Below are positions 37,150 through 50,849 of a stretch of DNA of 64,000 nucleotides, one piece after another. The DNA is taken from the NCBI GenBank assembly GCA_028534125.1, contig CM052816.1:5086001-5150000 (forward strand), given 5' to 3'. The DNA comes from Lama glama (taxonomy: Eukaryota). A program made the translations under genes and the position numbers. Positions within the stretch are counted from its first letter, which is position 1; each line of letters begins with the position of its first letter. The notes beneath the pieces are model-generated. The model saw only the letters and a list, made by a program, of their open reading frames with translations, had not been told where the DNA came from and did no database searches.

Positions 37150-39560
37150 CATTGTCAGAATTTTTCACTCTAATATTTAAACAGAGCTGCCTGTTTTCAG
37201 TCATCATATTGTTAGTAGTAGCATTGGAATTGTTGTTCTGAGACTGTTGGATGGGTAGTGTGGCATAAAACAAGTGAGTTATTACGTTGCTGGTGTTGAG
37301 AACCAGGACTTGATGTCAGAGAAAGGAAATACAAATGAAAGATGAAAGGGGTTAAGTGAAAACCCTATAATTCTGGATTTGAAATGGAAGTTTCAGTGTG
37401 AATTTCTGATACAGCTGATCTGAAAACAGACATCATATTCCCTACCTCTGCCTACTGTTTTCACATCTACAAAGCCCAACACTTTAAGAAGCACCTTTAC
37501 TGCCTAGACCGCGGTCTCTAAATACTATTTCTCACTAAAAGGAACCAGAGCTCCTCAAAAAAAAAAATAATAATAATACACAGAAACAAACTCACATAGA
37601 ATACAGACTTGCAGTTGCCAGAGGGGAGGGGGGTGGGAATGGATAAACTGGGAGTTTGAGATTTGCAGATACTGACTGGTATATGTAAAACAGATAAACA
37701 AATCTATACCGTATAGCACAGGGAAATATATTCTATATCTTATAGTAGCTCATGGTGAAAAAGAATATGAAAATGAATATACGTACATTCAAGTATGACT
37801 GAAGCATTGTGCTGTGCACCAGAAATTGACACAACATTGTAAACTGACTATACTTCAATTAGAAAAAATAAGAATACATAGCTAATACCAGCTTTGGGAC
37901 AAAAAACGCACAATATATACTTAGACTATCTTTTAATGCCAAAAATCAAGGAAGCTAATCATGGCAAAGAGACACAGGAAGCAATGGAAAAGTCTCCCAT
38001 TGGCCAAATTCAGGACAATTTGAGCATCAGTAAATAAGTACAATGAGTTGGAAAACATCAGATATATTTTAATCCACGAGTTCACAGTGATATTTTTAAA
38101 ACAAACAAAAAAACCTCAGTGATCATCTTCAGAAGATATTAAGAAATCACTTCATTATTTTGAAAACTGGTAAATAAAGGGACATAATTAAGTATTTATT
38201 CTGTCTTTCCTGTAAGAACTATGCCACAGGCCACCAGAGATTAAAAGAGAGGAAGCCTCTCTTTACATAAGCATTCCCACAAATAAAATGAAAAGGGAAT
38301 GGAGGACTGACTCAGAATATCATCATTTGTTATGAATTAGTTGATCTAACTCAAAATATTACAAACAAGAAACAACCAGACAAAATGGGCCTTCTGATGG
38401 AATTAAATACCACCTCTTATGAAGAAATCATGCCTCCAAAGTCAAGCAGAAGTCTGATCAAGCCTTTCGACTCAGGGGTGGGCAAACAGTCTTTCTAAAG
38501 GGCCAGGTAACAAATATTTTAAACTTTACAGTTATATAGTCTGTAGTCTCTGTTGTAGCTGTTCAACTCTGCTGTTGCAGCACAGAGAGCAGCCATAGGC
38601 AAGAACTAAACAGACGGGCATGCTGTGCTCCAACAAAATTCTGTACACAAACAAGAGCAGGGGCTAGATTTGGCTCATGGACCATAGTATGTCAATCATG
38701 TTCTTGAGCTCACTTCCAGTTTACAGGAAATAACAGGGACTGAGGAACACGGGAAATGACACCACACAGAGCCGCAATAAGCAAAAGCTAAACTAGGGAA
38801 AAGTCTAACAGAAAAATCAACCTGATTTCTTTAATGAACATCAAGATACTGAAAAAGAGAGAGAGACAGATGAGGGAGGTAACTACAGACTAAAAGAAAC
38901 TTAAGAACTATTAACCAATCACAATGTATGGACCTTGTTTGAATCCCAATTCAAACCAATATAAAGAACAAAATTATACTGTAATTGGAGAAACATGAAC
39001 ACTGACTCAAGTATTTGATAATATTAAGGAATTCCTCTTGACATTTGGTGCCACATGATGATGTACTGTGGTTATATTTTAAAAGAGGAGTTCTGATCTT
39101 TCATAGAGATATCTGCTGAAATATTTACATATGAACTGTATGATATTTGGGATTTGGTTAAAACTAATGAGTGGTGGAATATAAAGGGAACAAAGTTGGT
39201 AAGGAGTCAGTAATTGTTGAAGGTGGATGACAGGTTCAGTAGAAGTTCATGATACTATCCTTTCTACTATTGTGTAAATACTTGAAAATTTCCACTATGA
39301 AAAGTTAAAATATGTTTATATAATTTCACACCCAACCACTTGACAAAATTTTAAAAATCTGACAAAGTCTAATTTTGGAAGGATATGGGAAAGGGTAGCT
39401 CTTACAGACGGTGGGAATGTAAATTCCTACAACTTTGACAGGCATATGTGTACACCCCATGATCTAAAAACCCCACACCTGGATACATACTAAGAGAAAC
39501 TTGAAAAATGGAAAACAATCAAAATGGATAAATTATGGTATCTTCGGATGAAGGGAATCT
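37150..39560 (+). mobile_element. Ancient L1M-type block containing a young L1 3' end (~37579-37870) and a MER58-like hAT element (~38473-38700)
   Basis: AT-rich decayed L1 3'UTR-like sequence; the young L1 tail matches the other copies; the hAT-like insert starts caggggtgggcaaac...aagggccagg. Confidence 0.65.
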
Positions 39561-40176
39561 CTGAAATGTAGAGATACGGAAATGTCAACTACTTGTGAAG
39601 CTGGGAAATGCAGCCCCATCAGGACAGCTTCAGCTCAACAGATACTGACCTGCTATCTACTCTGGGCCAGGCCCTCCACTAAGTGCTGGGGATACAGAAG
39701 TGATATCCCTTCCAGGGCTCTAGATATCAGAGCTACAGGGAGCCTAACATACCACCTAGCCCAAACTACCCATTTCACAGATGCAGAAAATGAGGCCCAG
39801 AAAAGTTAACCAACTTGCCAAGGGCACACAGATGGTTCATGGAAGAACCAGGAACTGAGCCAAGTCTTTGATGCTCAGAGAAACAGGAGATCTTGGAGCC
39901 ACACATTCTTAACTTGAATCCTGGCTCTGAAACTCACTAGCTGTGATCTTGGCCAAGTTCTCTAATGTGTCTTTCCTCCGAAGGATAATAATATCTACTT
40001 CAGGGGTTGATGTGAGGATTAAATGAAATGATATACATAAAGCTCTTGACTCAGTGACTGAAAAGAAATAAGACCTTAATAGATAGGTTATTTACTTTTA
40101 TTATTGATATAAAGTAAGGCCTTGGCAAAAGGGCAAAATGCTACATTCTACATTACTCTCAAAATAGTTGACTCCA

Positions 40177-40264
40177 GGGGTGGGTATAGCTCAGTGGTAG
40201 AGCACATGCTTAGCATGCATGAGGTCCTGGGTTCAATCCCCAGTACCACCATTGAAAATAAAAA
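40177..40264 (+). mobile_element. Vic-1-type SINE (short)
   Basis: GGGGTGGGTATAGCTCAGTGGTAGAGCACATGCTTAGCATGCATGAGGTCCTGGGTTCAATCCCCAGTACC. Confidence 0.88.
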
Positions 40265-42889
40265 GGTTAATCTCACATTTCTTAGAGCTGGTATGGCCAA
40301 GGCTCTGAACCAAGTTGAAGGCTTGTCCCAAGAGTTAGCTGCTTCCTATTTCAGGCCCCTCCCCACATGTAAGAGAATTTTCCCCACCCTCCCACTCTGC
40401 TGACTATCTCTGCCCTCTAAGAGCCTTGCCAATAGCACAGATCTGTACTCTGTGGGGATTCTGCTCCACTACTCTGAGCCTCAGCTCCCTATAAATTGAC
40501 AATAATAGCAGAACCCTGAGGATTAAATGAACTAATGCCAAGTATATAGTAAGCCCTCAATATATGAGAAGTATGATGCTGACAATGCAAGACACCTGTC
40601 CCAGGGTGTCAGGCTCAGGAGCTACAAAAAAGAATCAACTGCATTTCTCACCCTCTAAGTGCTTCAGTCCAATGGCCACTCCTTCCTTCCCATTTCTACC
40701 CATGCTGTCACATTTCAGGCCTGGATCAGGGTCCAGGAGGCCAAGTTATTCTGACTGCTTTGCAGGGAGGCTACCAAGCCAAACCTCCTACACCTGAAAC
40801 CACCCATATGCTCACCTCTGCCGGTGAGAACCCCATTCCCAGCTCTGCAGAATTGCTGACTATCTCCAGCTGCTGGAGCCAAAGCATCATATGCTCTGAA
40901 TAATAAAGCCATCCAGAAAGTTCCCCATGGCAAATTGGGCACCACGCTCCAGCCTGCACCCTCGAGCCAGGCAGCCAGAAATACCAGCCTGTGCTCAAAG
41001 CTGAGCTCCCATCCCCAACAGGATGGAGCCATGGAGTCCAGGGAGTTACAATCTCCATTCCCTTCTCTTTCCTGATGCCTTCTTCTCTCAATGAGACCAT
41101 ATGTATTTTTCACCCAAGACTCTATTTTTACAGAGCATAATAAAACATTCTCAGTAGATTCAGTGACCATTTGCCCCGATTTTTTCAAACTTAGAAAGCA
41201 AAAGCCATTGAGGGTTAGAGAAAGACATGGTAAGACCAATATGAAGGAAAAGGAACCAGTTAAATATTTTTGGTTCACCTGTGGAAGCAGGCGTGGGTGG
41301 CATTGTTCTTTCAAGTGGATGTCCAAGCTGTAAACTTTGCAGGATGAGGGACACAGGATGCGGGTGCAAGGGACTGCTGGTCAGATGGTGTATTTGCTGT
41401 GCAGGTGAGCTCCTTAGGGGCAGGGGCTGAGCCCTATTCCCCACCGCACCCAGCACTCAGCACCAAACACAGTGCCTAGCCCTGAGCAGTCAGTCCAAAA
41501 ACATCTGTCAAAGGAACAAAGTTGCTCAGTTAGACAGTCAGCCCAGGGGTTTAAGATGCTTCTATTGCACATTCTCATAACAGCCTGAACACTTCCTTCT
41601 CATAACTTATCATACTTGTAATTAAATAACTGCATGTACAATTATTGAACATGTGCATCCTTGACAAGACTGTCGGCTCCCTGGAGGCAGGACTGCTTCC
41701 AGTGTTGTTCATCATATGTACCCTCAGTGCTTAGAAAGGGATCTGGCATACAGTTGGCACTCAATAAATATTTGTTGAAGGAATAAATGAGCCTTGGTTC
41801 TGCCATCAGTGCGCTGTCACCCTGTTACCCTGGGAAAATGTTTTCCTCTCTAGTCCTCAGGTTTTCCACTTGCATATTAGCGACAGGGCACAATGAATGA
41901 TTTTCAAGCAACAAAACCCAATCTCTTAGTTAAAAAAAAAGTTAAAAATAGAGTTGTTGCCGCGGGCATGCTCTGAGACAGACCCATCTGCATCTCTGGA
42001 CCTCCACCTATGCAACAGCCCTCCAAGTGTTCCATGGAACCTTAGGGAGTTCCAGGGGGCAAAGTATGAAAACTATTTAATTCCATGATCTCTAAGGTCC
42101 CTAAGCAAACCTGTTTGTCTGCCTGAGATAATGTAAACATTTCAATTCCTCCTGTCTATCCTTTATTTAGGTCAGTATTTCTCGTATTGGCCAGCAGTCC
42201 CCTGTCTCAGGGACACCACTGATGTTTTTATGTAAAATACAGTTTCCGTGGCTCCACCCTAGTCCTACTAAATCTGAATCTCCAAGGAAGAGGCCAGGAA
42301 TCAGCATTTTGAACAAGCACCTTCCTGTCAGTTGATGGTTGTCCACTGAAGTGTTTGGGTTATCCCCAACTAAGTTATTTCCACAGACCCTCATGAGGTA
42401 TTTTATCCTGGAGCTTTCATTACAACTGTGCTTTTTTGAATGACCAGAGTGAGGCAAAAAAAAAAAAAAAAAAAAGCAGGAATAGTCAGAAGAGCCCGGA
42501 TAAATGAGTCAAGGTTTGTCAAGTGGGAAGAGATCACAGGGAGCTCTTCAGGGGCCCTTGACAGACAGATCATCCTGGTGGCTCCGTGCTCTGCAATCTC
42601 ATAGTTTGTATCTGGAAGAAGTCATCTGTGTATTTCTCTATTCTTCTGGAGTGGCATTGGCAACCTCAGGAATTATTTATTGAATTATCAGGTTTCTTAT
42701 TAGTATATTAATGGATCCCTGGGAGTTAAAGAGTAGCATGCCTGTAAGGCTGTCAAGGAAATTCACTGTAGTCTTTGGAAATATGGTAGGTTTTTGTCAA
42801 CTTCATGGAAAACAGCCATTCATTCATTTGTTCATTTTTTTCCACTCAACTAGCTTGACAGATTCATTGGTACATAAATTACTTCCTCT

Positions 42890-43400
42890 TTTTTTTTTCA
42901 GCTTTATTGAGATATAATTCTCACACCATACAATTCACCCATTTAAAATGTAAATTCAATTATTTTGATACATTAAGGGTGTACAACCCTCACACAATCA
43001 ATTTTAGAATATTTTATCAACTCAAAAGAATTCTTGTACCCTTTAGCTATCACCTCCCAATCCTCCATGCCCTTAGCCCTAACCAACCACTAATTTACTT
43101 TCTATGTCTATGGATTTGCTTATTCTGGACATTTCATTTAAATGGAATCATACAATTGGTGGTCTTTTGAGACCAACCTCTTTCACTTAGTGTAATGTTT
43201 TGAGGTTCATCTACTTTGTAGACTGTATCAGTACTTCATTCCTTTTATGGCTGAATAATATTCCATTGTATGGATATACCACATTGTGTTTATCAATTCA
43301 CCAAGTTGATAGACACCTGGGTTGTTTTCATTCCTTGGCTATTCTGAATAATGCTGCTATTTATATTTGCATACAAGTTTTTGTGTGGACATATTTTCTT
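42890..43400 (-). mobile_element. Older L1 (L1MB-like) 3' fragment
   Basis: ttttcagctttattgagatataattc...aatggaatcatacaa...ggctgaataatattccattgtatggatatacc, a typical antisense L1M tail. Confidence 0.85.
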
Positions 43401-46400
43401 TCCTCTGCTTTTGAAAGGCTCCTAGTCCAGCAGATGTAGATGCTAAAACAGGTACCTATATAATTACCTGTGCTGGTCAGATGCTGCAAGAGAGGGATGA
43501 GGCAACATGTGTGATGGTTAGAACCACATGTTTCTGCCATTACTAACTAAACGATCTGGGAGGCAAGCTTCTTCATCTTTCTGTGTCAGTTTTCTCATGT
43601 GTAAAATGGTATCAATATTTTCCTGACCTTATAGGACTGCTGTGAGGATTCCATGAGCAAATAAATGCATGTTAGGGGCTTAGCCCCAAGCCGGGCACAT
43701 AGTAAGCGCCTGATAAATGTTTGTCATTATCATTTGCACTCAGGAGATCACTGACAGTAAGTTTACTGATGGACCATGCACTGTAGCAGTAAAGTTTCAT
43801 TAAACAAATGTTTCTTGAGCATTTATTATGAACTTGGCACTGTGAGAGAAATACAGTTGATCCACACCTGGATCCTCCTGCCAGGAGTCTGTAACCTGTA
43901 ATCTGAATGGCAAGACTCACTGGCATACATCACCTCCATATACTGTGATGTGTTCTTTACTAAAGGCCCCCCAAACTGCTGTGGGAGCCCGGGAGAAGGA
44001 ACTTTTTTTTTTAAAGATATCTTTTTATTATGAAAATGTTCAAAAATACAGGAAAGTAGAAAGAATTATAAACTGAATACTTACATATGATCACAAAAAT
44101 TCAACAACTGTCAACATTTTACCATATTCACTTTATCTTACTATATGCCAAATTTGTGGCTGAACCATTTTAAAGTTAACTACAGATATTCTAACACTTC
44201 AGCCCTAAACACTTCAACACGCATTTCCAAAAAATAAAGATTCTCCTCCATAACCACAATACTCTTACCATACCTCACAAAACTAATAACTGCCTTATAT
44301 CATCTAATCCCCAGTTCACAGTCAGATTTCCACCACTGTCTAAAAACACAGTCTTTACAGCTTTTTTTAAAAAAAAGAACCAAGATATAATCAGGAATCA
44401 CATCTTACACTTAAATGTTATATTCTAGGATCTCTTTAAATATAGAACCTCCTCCCCCACTATGTTTGCTTTGGTTTTATTTTCACATTGTCGACTTTTA
44501 AGAGATCACATCAGTGGTCTTATAAAGGATTCCGCATTCTGGACTTGTCTGATTGCTTCTCTGTGGGTTATGTAATGTGTTCCGCTATTCCCTGAAATTC
44601 TGGTAAACTGAAGCCAGCTCTAAACACCTGATGAGGTTCAGGCTCAGTATTTTTGGCAGGACCCAAAATAGGTGGAGCTGGGTAGTCTACTGCATCCTAC
44701 TGAGAGGTACCACCGCTGGTGACCCAAAGCACGACCCCTGGGTTAAAATGGTGACACACAGAGAGAGGAGGAAGGAAGTGGGAAGAAGGGAAACATCTTC
44801 ACAGGCAATGGCATCTAAGCAGGGCTTGAAAGGGTGTGTAGGAGCCTACTGGGTGGAGAAAAGGGAAGGGGAAGGACCTTCCAGGTACAGAGGCACAGTG
44901 TTGGGAAAGAGAGCGCTGAGCTTCAGGAAGTAGGAGGTGGTAGCCAAACGTGGTTACTTGTTATAACAATAACAGCAGGCACTTAACGCCTATTAAGAGT
45001 TTACTATGTTCCAGGAACTATGCTAAGTGATTCATTTAATTTCTCACACAGTCCTATGGAACAGATGTTGCTGCTCCCCTTTTAAGGGTGTGGAAATCAC
45101 GATTTAGTGATAGGTGGTAACTTGCCAAAGGTCGTAAAGCCAGGAATAGGCAGACTCCGGATTTGAATCCAGGGGCTTGACTCCTGAGCCTCTGCTTTTA
45201 AAAGCACAAAGCTCTATGTTACGGTGACAGGACAAAAGAGTTGGAGAGGCAGGTTGGGGGTAGGTGGAAGAAGGCCTTCTCTGCCATTCTGAGGAGTCTA
45301 GGTGTTATTCCCAGGGCAGTGGGGAGCCAGCGAAGGTTTCTTCATAGGGGCGGGCATGGCTGTGCCTGAGAATGGGCACGGCTGCCCGGTGAAGGCAGAG
45401 TGGAGAGCTGCGGGGGTGAGCTGTTAGACGCATGGCTGGGTGTCCCTCCAGGGAAGTTGGGCCCTTTGCACTGCCGGGACAGAGAGCAGGTTGGGGAGGG
45501 AGTTGGGGGGAGGGCTAGGTTCCTCCTCCAACTAGACTAGCCAAGAGTCCTGCCCTGCACAGTGCACAGACACTGGATGTTCCACAAGAGCAGGGTGGGT
45601 GCTGCACCCACAGACACCCTCACCGTGCAAACAGCTCCAGTTTCTACCAAGTCAACCCTAAGGCCCAGTATCCTGTTGGCCAGATGGCGCTGGGATGTGA
45701 GCTGCAAAGACCAGGTGAAAGGATCAGCTTTAACCTGAGACCCAGAGAGGGAAAGTGACTGGCCCGAGATCACACAGTCAAATCGTGGCAGAGGCAGGAC
45801 TAGAACTCAGGTCATGCCTCTTGATTCCAAGCCCGCTATTCTTTCAGGATGGACTTTATTTCAGAATCAAAGAGGAATCAGAATCAAAGAGGAATCAAGA
45901 CACAATCACTGGCCGTGGGATGCCAACTGCTCTGGGAAATCCTTCATTTTTTTTTTTCCACTAATAATTTCCCACATTGAGAATCCTCTTGGAGGGCTAC
46001 AGGCACCCTTCCTGGCTGGCTGTTGCCACCACACAGCGCCTGAGTCAGCACGTCTCGCACAACTGGTCAGCTCCAAGTAGCGGGGGCAGTACAAAGCCTG
46101 GGCCCGGCTGCTCACCCTTCAGCCTTCAGGCAGAGAGGGTGCATGGGTAGAATGCAGGAACGGCTCTGGGATGCCTGCGTTCAAACCTCTGCCCTGGTAC
46201 TCACTAGCTGTGCAGCCTTGAGCCTGTCACTCGCCCTCTCTGTGCTTCTGTTTCTTCATTTTTAGATCGATGAAAATAGCAGTGCTTCATACAGTTGGAT
46301 GTGAGGATTAAATACCATAAACAGTGTCAAAGGGCTTAGTAAGGCTTACCTCAAGATAAAGGCTGGTATTACCATTCCCTTGGGGATCAGAAGGCTTGGG

Positions 46401-47635
46401 TGCCTGCCATTAACTTATCTATTTATTGGACAAACCTTTCAGATGCTGCATAAAATCTGCTTCTTCCACGAAGTACACCTGGATTAACTGTGCTCAGTTT
46501 AAAGCCTCCTTGATTCCCAGAATTTAAAGCATAGCTGGCATTATCTCAACTAACTGTAATGGGGGTGGAGGAAGGCAGATTGTGGTTGCCTCCCCACCGC
46601 CCCCCAGCACAAAGCCTGGCTCAGAAGGCCCGGGGTTGTGCTCCAGGCCCGAGCTAGCTGCTGGCTAATTAGTTTGGGGTAAATCACTTCATCTCTGTGA
46701 TAGTTTCTTCGATAAAATAAGGGTGATAATACCTGTTTTGCAAGCTGATAAAAGTCAGATTCCTGACTATACTTTGAAAAGGGAAGGAAACAGGCAAAAT
46801 GTTTTTTCCAAAGCATATTTAATAAATCAGGAAAGTGATGCTAATATACTGGGTTTATTTTTCTTTTCTAAATTTTATCTTATTTAAAAAGTTCAACAAG
46901 AAGATGCATTAATATGTTCTCATGGTAAAAGATTCATAGCATAGTATTAATCAAAATAGGGCAAGCTCTGCATATGAAATGTGACCCCAACTTTGTTAAA
47001 AAAAACCCATAAATACACTGAAAAAAAACAAACATAAGGAAATCCACCAACATGTTAACAGTCGGTAGGATTACAGATTATTATCTTCATTTTATTATCC
47101 TATATTTTACTTTTTTTTTCTAATAAGGATGTATTATTTTTATAAACAGAAGAAAATTACAACTAAAGAAAAATAAACAAAACCACAAGCTTTCTAAAGG
47201 GGCCATCACTTTCTGGTTCCAAACAATTGCTGCCTGGTGGGATCTCCCAATTTTCCAAGAGAATCCAGAAATCTGGATCTTTTTGTGAAATCCCTTGATT
47301 TTTAAAGATCGGCAGCTAATTCACAAGACGCATTTGACCAGTCTGCTGATCACAATTTGTGACCTGCTACAGGAACACACTGAACTCTCTTCTTCCTCTG
47401 CACCTTTGTTTTTGCTGTTGCACTGCCAAGAACACCCTACCACTCATGCAGGTTTCACGAACTCTACCTGTTCTATCAGGCCTGGCCGAAACACACCTCT
47501 TCTGTGAGCATCCCCAGATGACCTCAGCTAGAAGTGACACTCCCTCCCGGGGGATGGACCATTTAGTCCCCATCTCATATCATGGTTATTTTGATGAGTC
47601 CTATCTCTCCTGGTAGGCATTGAGCTCCTAAAATA

Positions 47636-47856
47636 CAGCTGACCCCTGAGCCATGCAGGAGTTAGGGGCACCGATCCTCCATTCCTATAGCTGAAAATAT
47701 GCCTGTAACTGTACAGTCGCCCTCTCTACCTGCAGTTCTGCATCTGCGGATGTTACCAACTGTGGACCATATAGTACTGTAATAGTATTTACTGAAAAAA
47801 ATTCACATATAAGTAGAGCCACGCAGCTCAAACCTGTGTTGTCCAAGAATCAACTG
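47636..47856 (+). mobile_element. Second MER8/Tigger-type element
   Basis: Clearly homologous to 4870-5098 (cagctgacccc...ggagttaggggcac...ttgtccaagaatcaactg). Confidence 0.78.
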
Positions 47857-49049
47857 TCCTCAATAAACATCCTGGAGCACCTGCTTTGTTGAAGGCACCA
47901 GGCTAGGCACTGAGAATACAGCTGAGGGCAAGATGGATAGCCTTTGCCTTGATGGAATATAGTCTAGTACAGGGGACTAGATTTTTAACAAATCATTCCC
48001 AAGACACCTAATTCCAATCTGTGATGAGTTTTACGGAGTTAAGAAAGTTTCTAAAAGGAACTTAATCCAATCAGGAGGATTAAGCTAGTCACCAGGCAGC
48101 TTGGGGAAGCATCAGCACTTGGGCTGCCACCTAAGGCTGCACAGTTTGTATTCTGCACAAAGGTAACAGGAGGAGAGGACAGGCCAGAGCAGAGATGCAG
48201 TCCCACCCAAGCTGGGCCAGTTTCTAATTTGCAAAAAGGCACTGTGCAGACCAGCAGGGGCAGTGTTTAGGTGTGGTAGTTCCTCCTACCATCTGACCCC
48301 CTTCAAAAAAAAAAGCTGCTCTAAATAAACACAGACTCTTAAAAACAGTGATATCTGTCTGTCTGTCTGTCTGTCTCTCTATATATATCCTCAAGGGATG
48401 TCTCCCATACTCCCTTTCTACCAGAATAAATCCCCTAAAACCTTACTTTAGCAATTTTGAGAATCAAAGATGGCATCTCTGAGGAAGTGACAGAGGAGCC
48501 AAGATTGAAGGATAAGAAAGGGCCAGGCAGCCAAAGTATGAGGAACGGCAAGTACAAGGCCTCTGTGGAGAGAAGGTACCACAGATGAGGGACCTCATAA
48601 GCGGCCAGTGGGGCTGCAGGGCACACAGTGATGGGAGAGTGGCAAGGGTGGGCTGGATAGCATGTATGGCCTGGAAGGCCAGATTAACGGGTTCCATCCT
48701 CACCCTGAAATGTCTCTTATTTCCTTCTCCCTGATCATGTTGTTTATGGGTGTCACTGCCCATGGGCACCCCCACAGAGCGAACAAAATAACATAAACCA
48801 CCTTTCCATGGCGCCTACCCTGAGCTACACACTGTACTGGGGCCACATGCCCAGTTCACTCTTCCTTCCCCATCTTCCTAAGGTAGGAAGGATTCTTTGA
48901 TTCTAAATGAGCAGATGAGAAAACTGAGACACAGAGAGGTTACCTGGCTAATAAGACCTGGGTTGGGATCCCAGGTCTGTGATTGTAAGCCTTTCTTCTT
49001 GGCCGCCTTGTAACAAAGACTCTTGCAAAAAAACAGGCACAAGGAGAGC

Positions 49050-49378
49050 CTGGCTACTCAAAGTGGCATCTGGGGGGCTTGTGGCATTGGCATCACCTAG
49101 AAGCTTGCCAGAAGTGTAGGCACTCCAGTTCCAGCCCAGTCCTACTCAATCACAACCTGCATTTTAAGATAAACAACCAGGTCCTATTGTACAGCACAAT
49201 ATCCTGTAATACGCCATAATGGAAAAGAATGTGAAAAAGATTACGAATGTATGTGTAACTGAATCAATTTACTGTATACCAGAAACTAACACAATACTGT
49301 AAATCAACTATATTCCAATCTTTTTAAATTTGTATTTTACAAGAATCACGTACACATTACAGGCTGAGAAGCACTAGA
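49050..49378 (+). mobile_element. MER5-like hAT DNA transposon split by an L1 3' fragment (~49166-49325)
   Basis: MER5A-like 5' part (gctactcaaagtg...gcatcacctagaagcttg...ctgcatttt) and 3' part (...gagaagcact) on either side of an L1 tail. Confidence 0.6.
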
Positions 49379-49849
49379 CAAAACAGTAAGTCTAGACAAC
49401 AATCCAAGCAAAGCAGCATATTGCCTTCACAGCCCTCAAACTACAGTCTACCGTCTCAAAGGCCAAGTCTCTAGTGACTTGAAAACAACTTATTATGACC
49501 AAATTTGCCAGAATTGCCAACTGTTCCATCCATCCACTTGCCCCAGTTCTGTCTTCTATTGCAGCTCCAAAGGAAAGTCTGTGAGAGGCTACCACCACCT
49601 CCAGAGAGAGGCTGCTGTACACTCTGATTCTGGTCAGTTTCTTAGTATGGATCTGCCCTCGTACAGGAAGAAATCTAAAGTTGTTTGACCCTTCTCCTGG
49701 TTAATCACTGCTCCAAATCATCTTCCACTTGGGGTCCACTCTGATCCCCAGATCATTTTCTGGGACCCACTTTTCACCAGACAATTCCTTCTCTTAGCCT
49801 ACATACCAAAGAAGACAGAATGGTTTGGCAGAAAAGATTACTAGGTGAT

Positions 49850-50330
49850 AATACTCAGCCATAAAAAAGAATGAAATAATGCCACTTGCAACATCATGGA
49901 TGGACCTGGAGACTGTCACACTATGTGAAGTAAGAAAGAGAAAGTGATAAGATATCACTTATATGTGGAACCTCAAAAAAAAAAAAAAGAGAGAGACAGA
50001 CAGACAAAAGAACTTATTTACAAACAGAAACAGACTCACAGATATAGAAAGCAAACTTGGGTTACCAGGGGGTGAAAGGTGATGGGGTGGAGGGATAAAC
50101 TGGGAGTTCCAGATTTGCAGATAATAACTACTATATATAAAACAGATAAACAGCAAGGTCCTACTGTATAACACAGGGAACGATATATTCAATACCTTGT
50201 AATAGCCTATAATGAAAAAGGATATGAAAAAAACAAATATGGAACTGAATCACTATGCTGTATACCAGAAATTAACATACTGTAAACCGATTATACTTCA
50301 ATTAAAAAAAAAACTTTTTAATTAAAAAAA
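49850..50330 (+). mobile_element. Young LINE-1 3' end
   Basis: aatactcagccataaaaaagaatgaaataatgcca..., L1 3'UTR and poly(A). Confidence 0.88.
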
Positions 50331-50849
50331 CTTAGGTGAGAAAAATCCGCATTTTCCTGCATTAAGGCCACATGTTATACGGCTGGGAAACTCCCATCTC
50401 CACTTCCCCCTTTCCATCTGAGAAATGGGTAGGATGAACTAGATTAGGAATCACTAAATCAGGGGTTTGGCAGGTAACACAAAGGACGGCCTAGGTGAAG
50501 CAGGAAGGAGTAATGGGGACAGTGGCAAATGAGAGGATGAATGCCTTGACTAAAAAAGGCAGCCCCACTCAGCATTAGGCTATTGTTGTCACGGTCCAGC
50601 GTTGGCATATGCTCTAATTATTAGAGATTGAGAATCAGATGTCCCCCCCTGTGAAATGTCCTATGGTGTTTAAACACCGGAATCTGGTTAAAACTCAAAT
50701 AAACACCACCTTGTGGGCCGAATAAAGATCAGGTGCAGGCCAGATCTACCCGTGGGCCGCCAGTTTGCGATACCTAGCCTGAATGCCACCTAATTTTACG
50801 TGCAGGTTTATAATTCCATCCTATGCGCAGCTCTTCTAGAATGCTGCAA

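Noticed and set aside
40177..40250. tRNA-like sequence (also at 9817, 23976 and 31337)
   Set aside because: Multiple diverged copies with A-rich tails, some with TSDs; these are SINEs, not tRNA genes.
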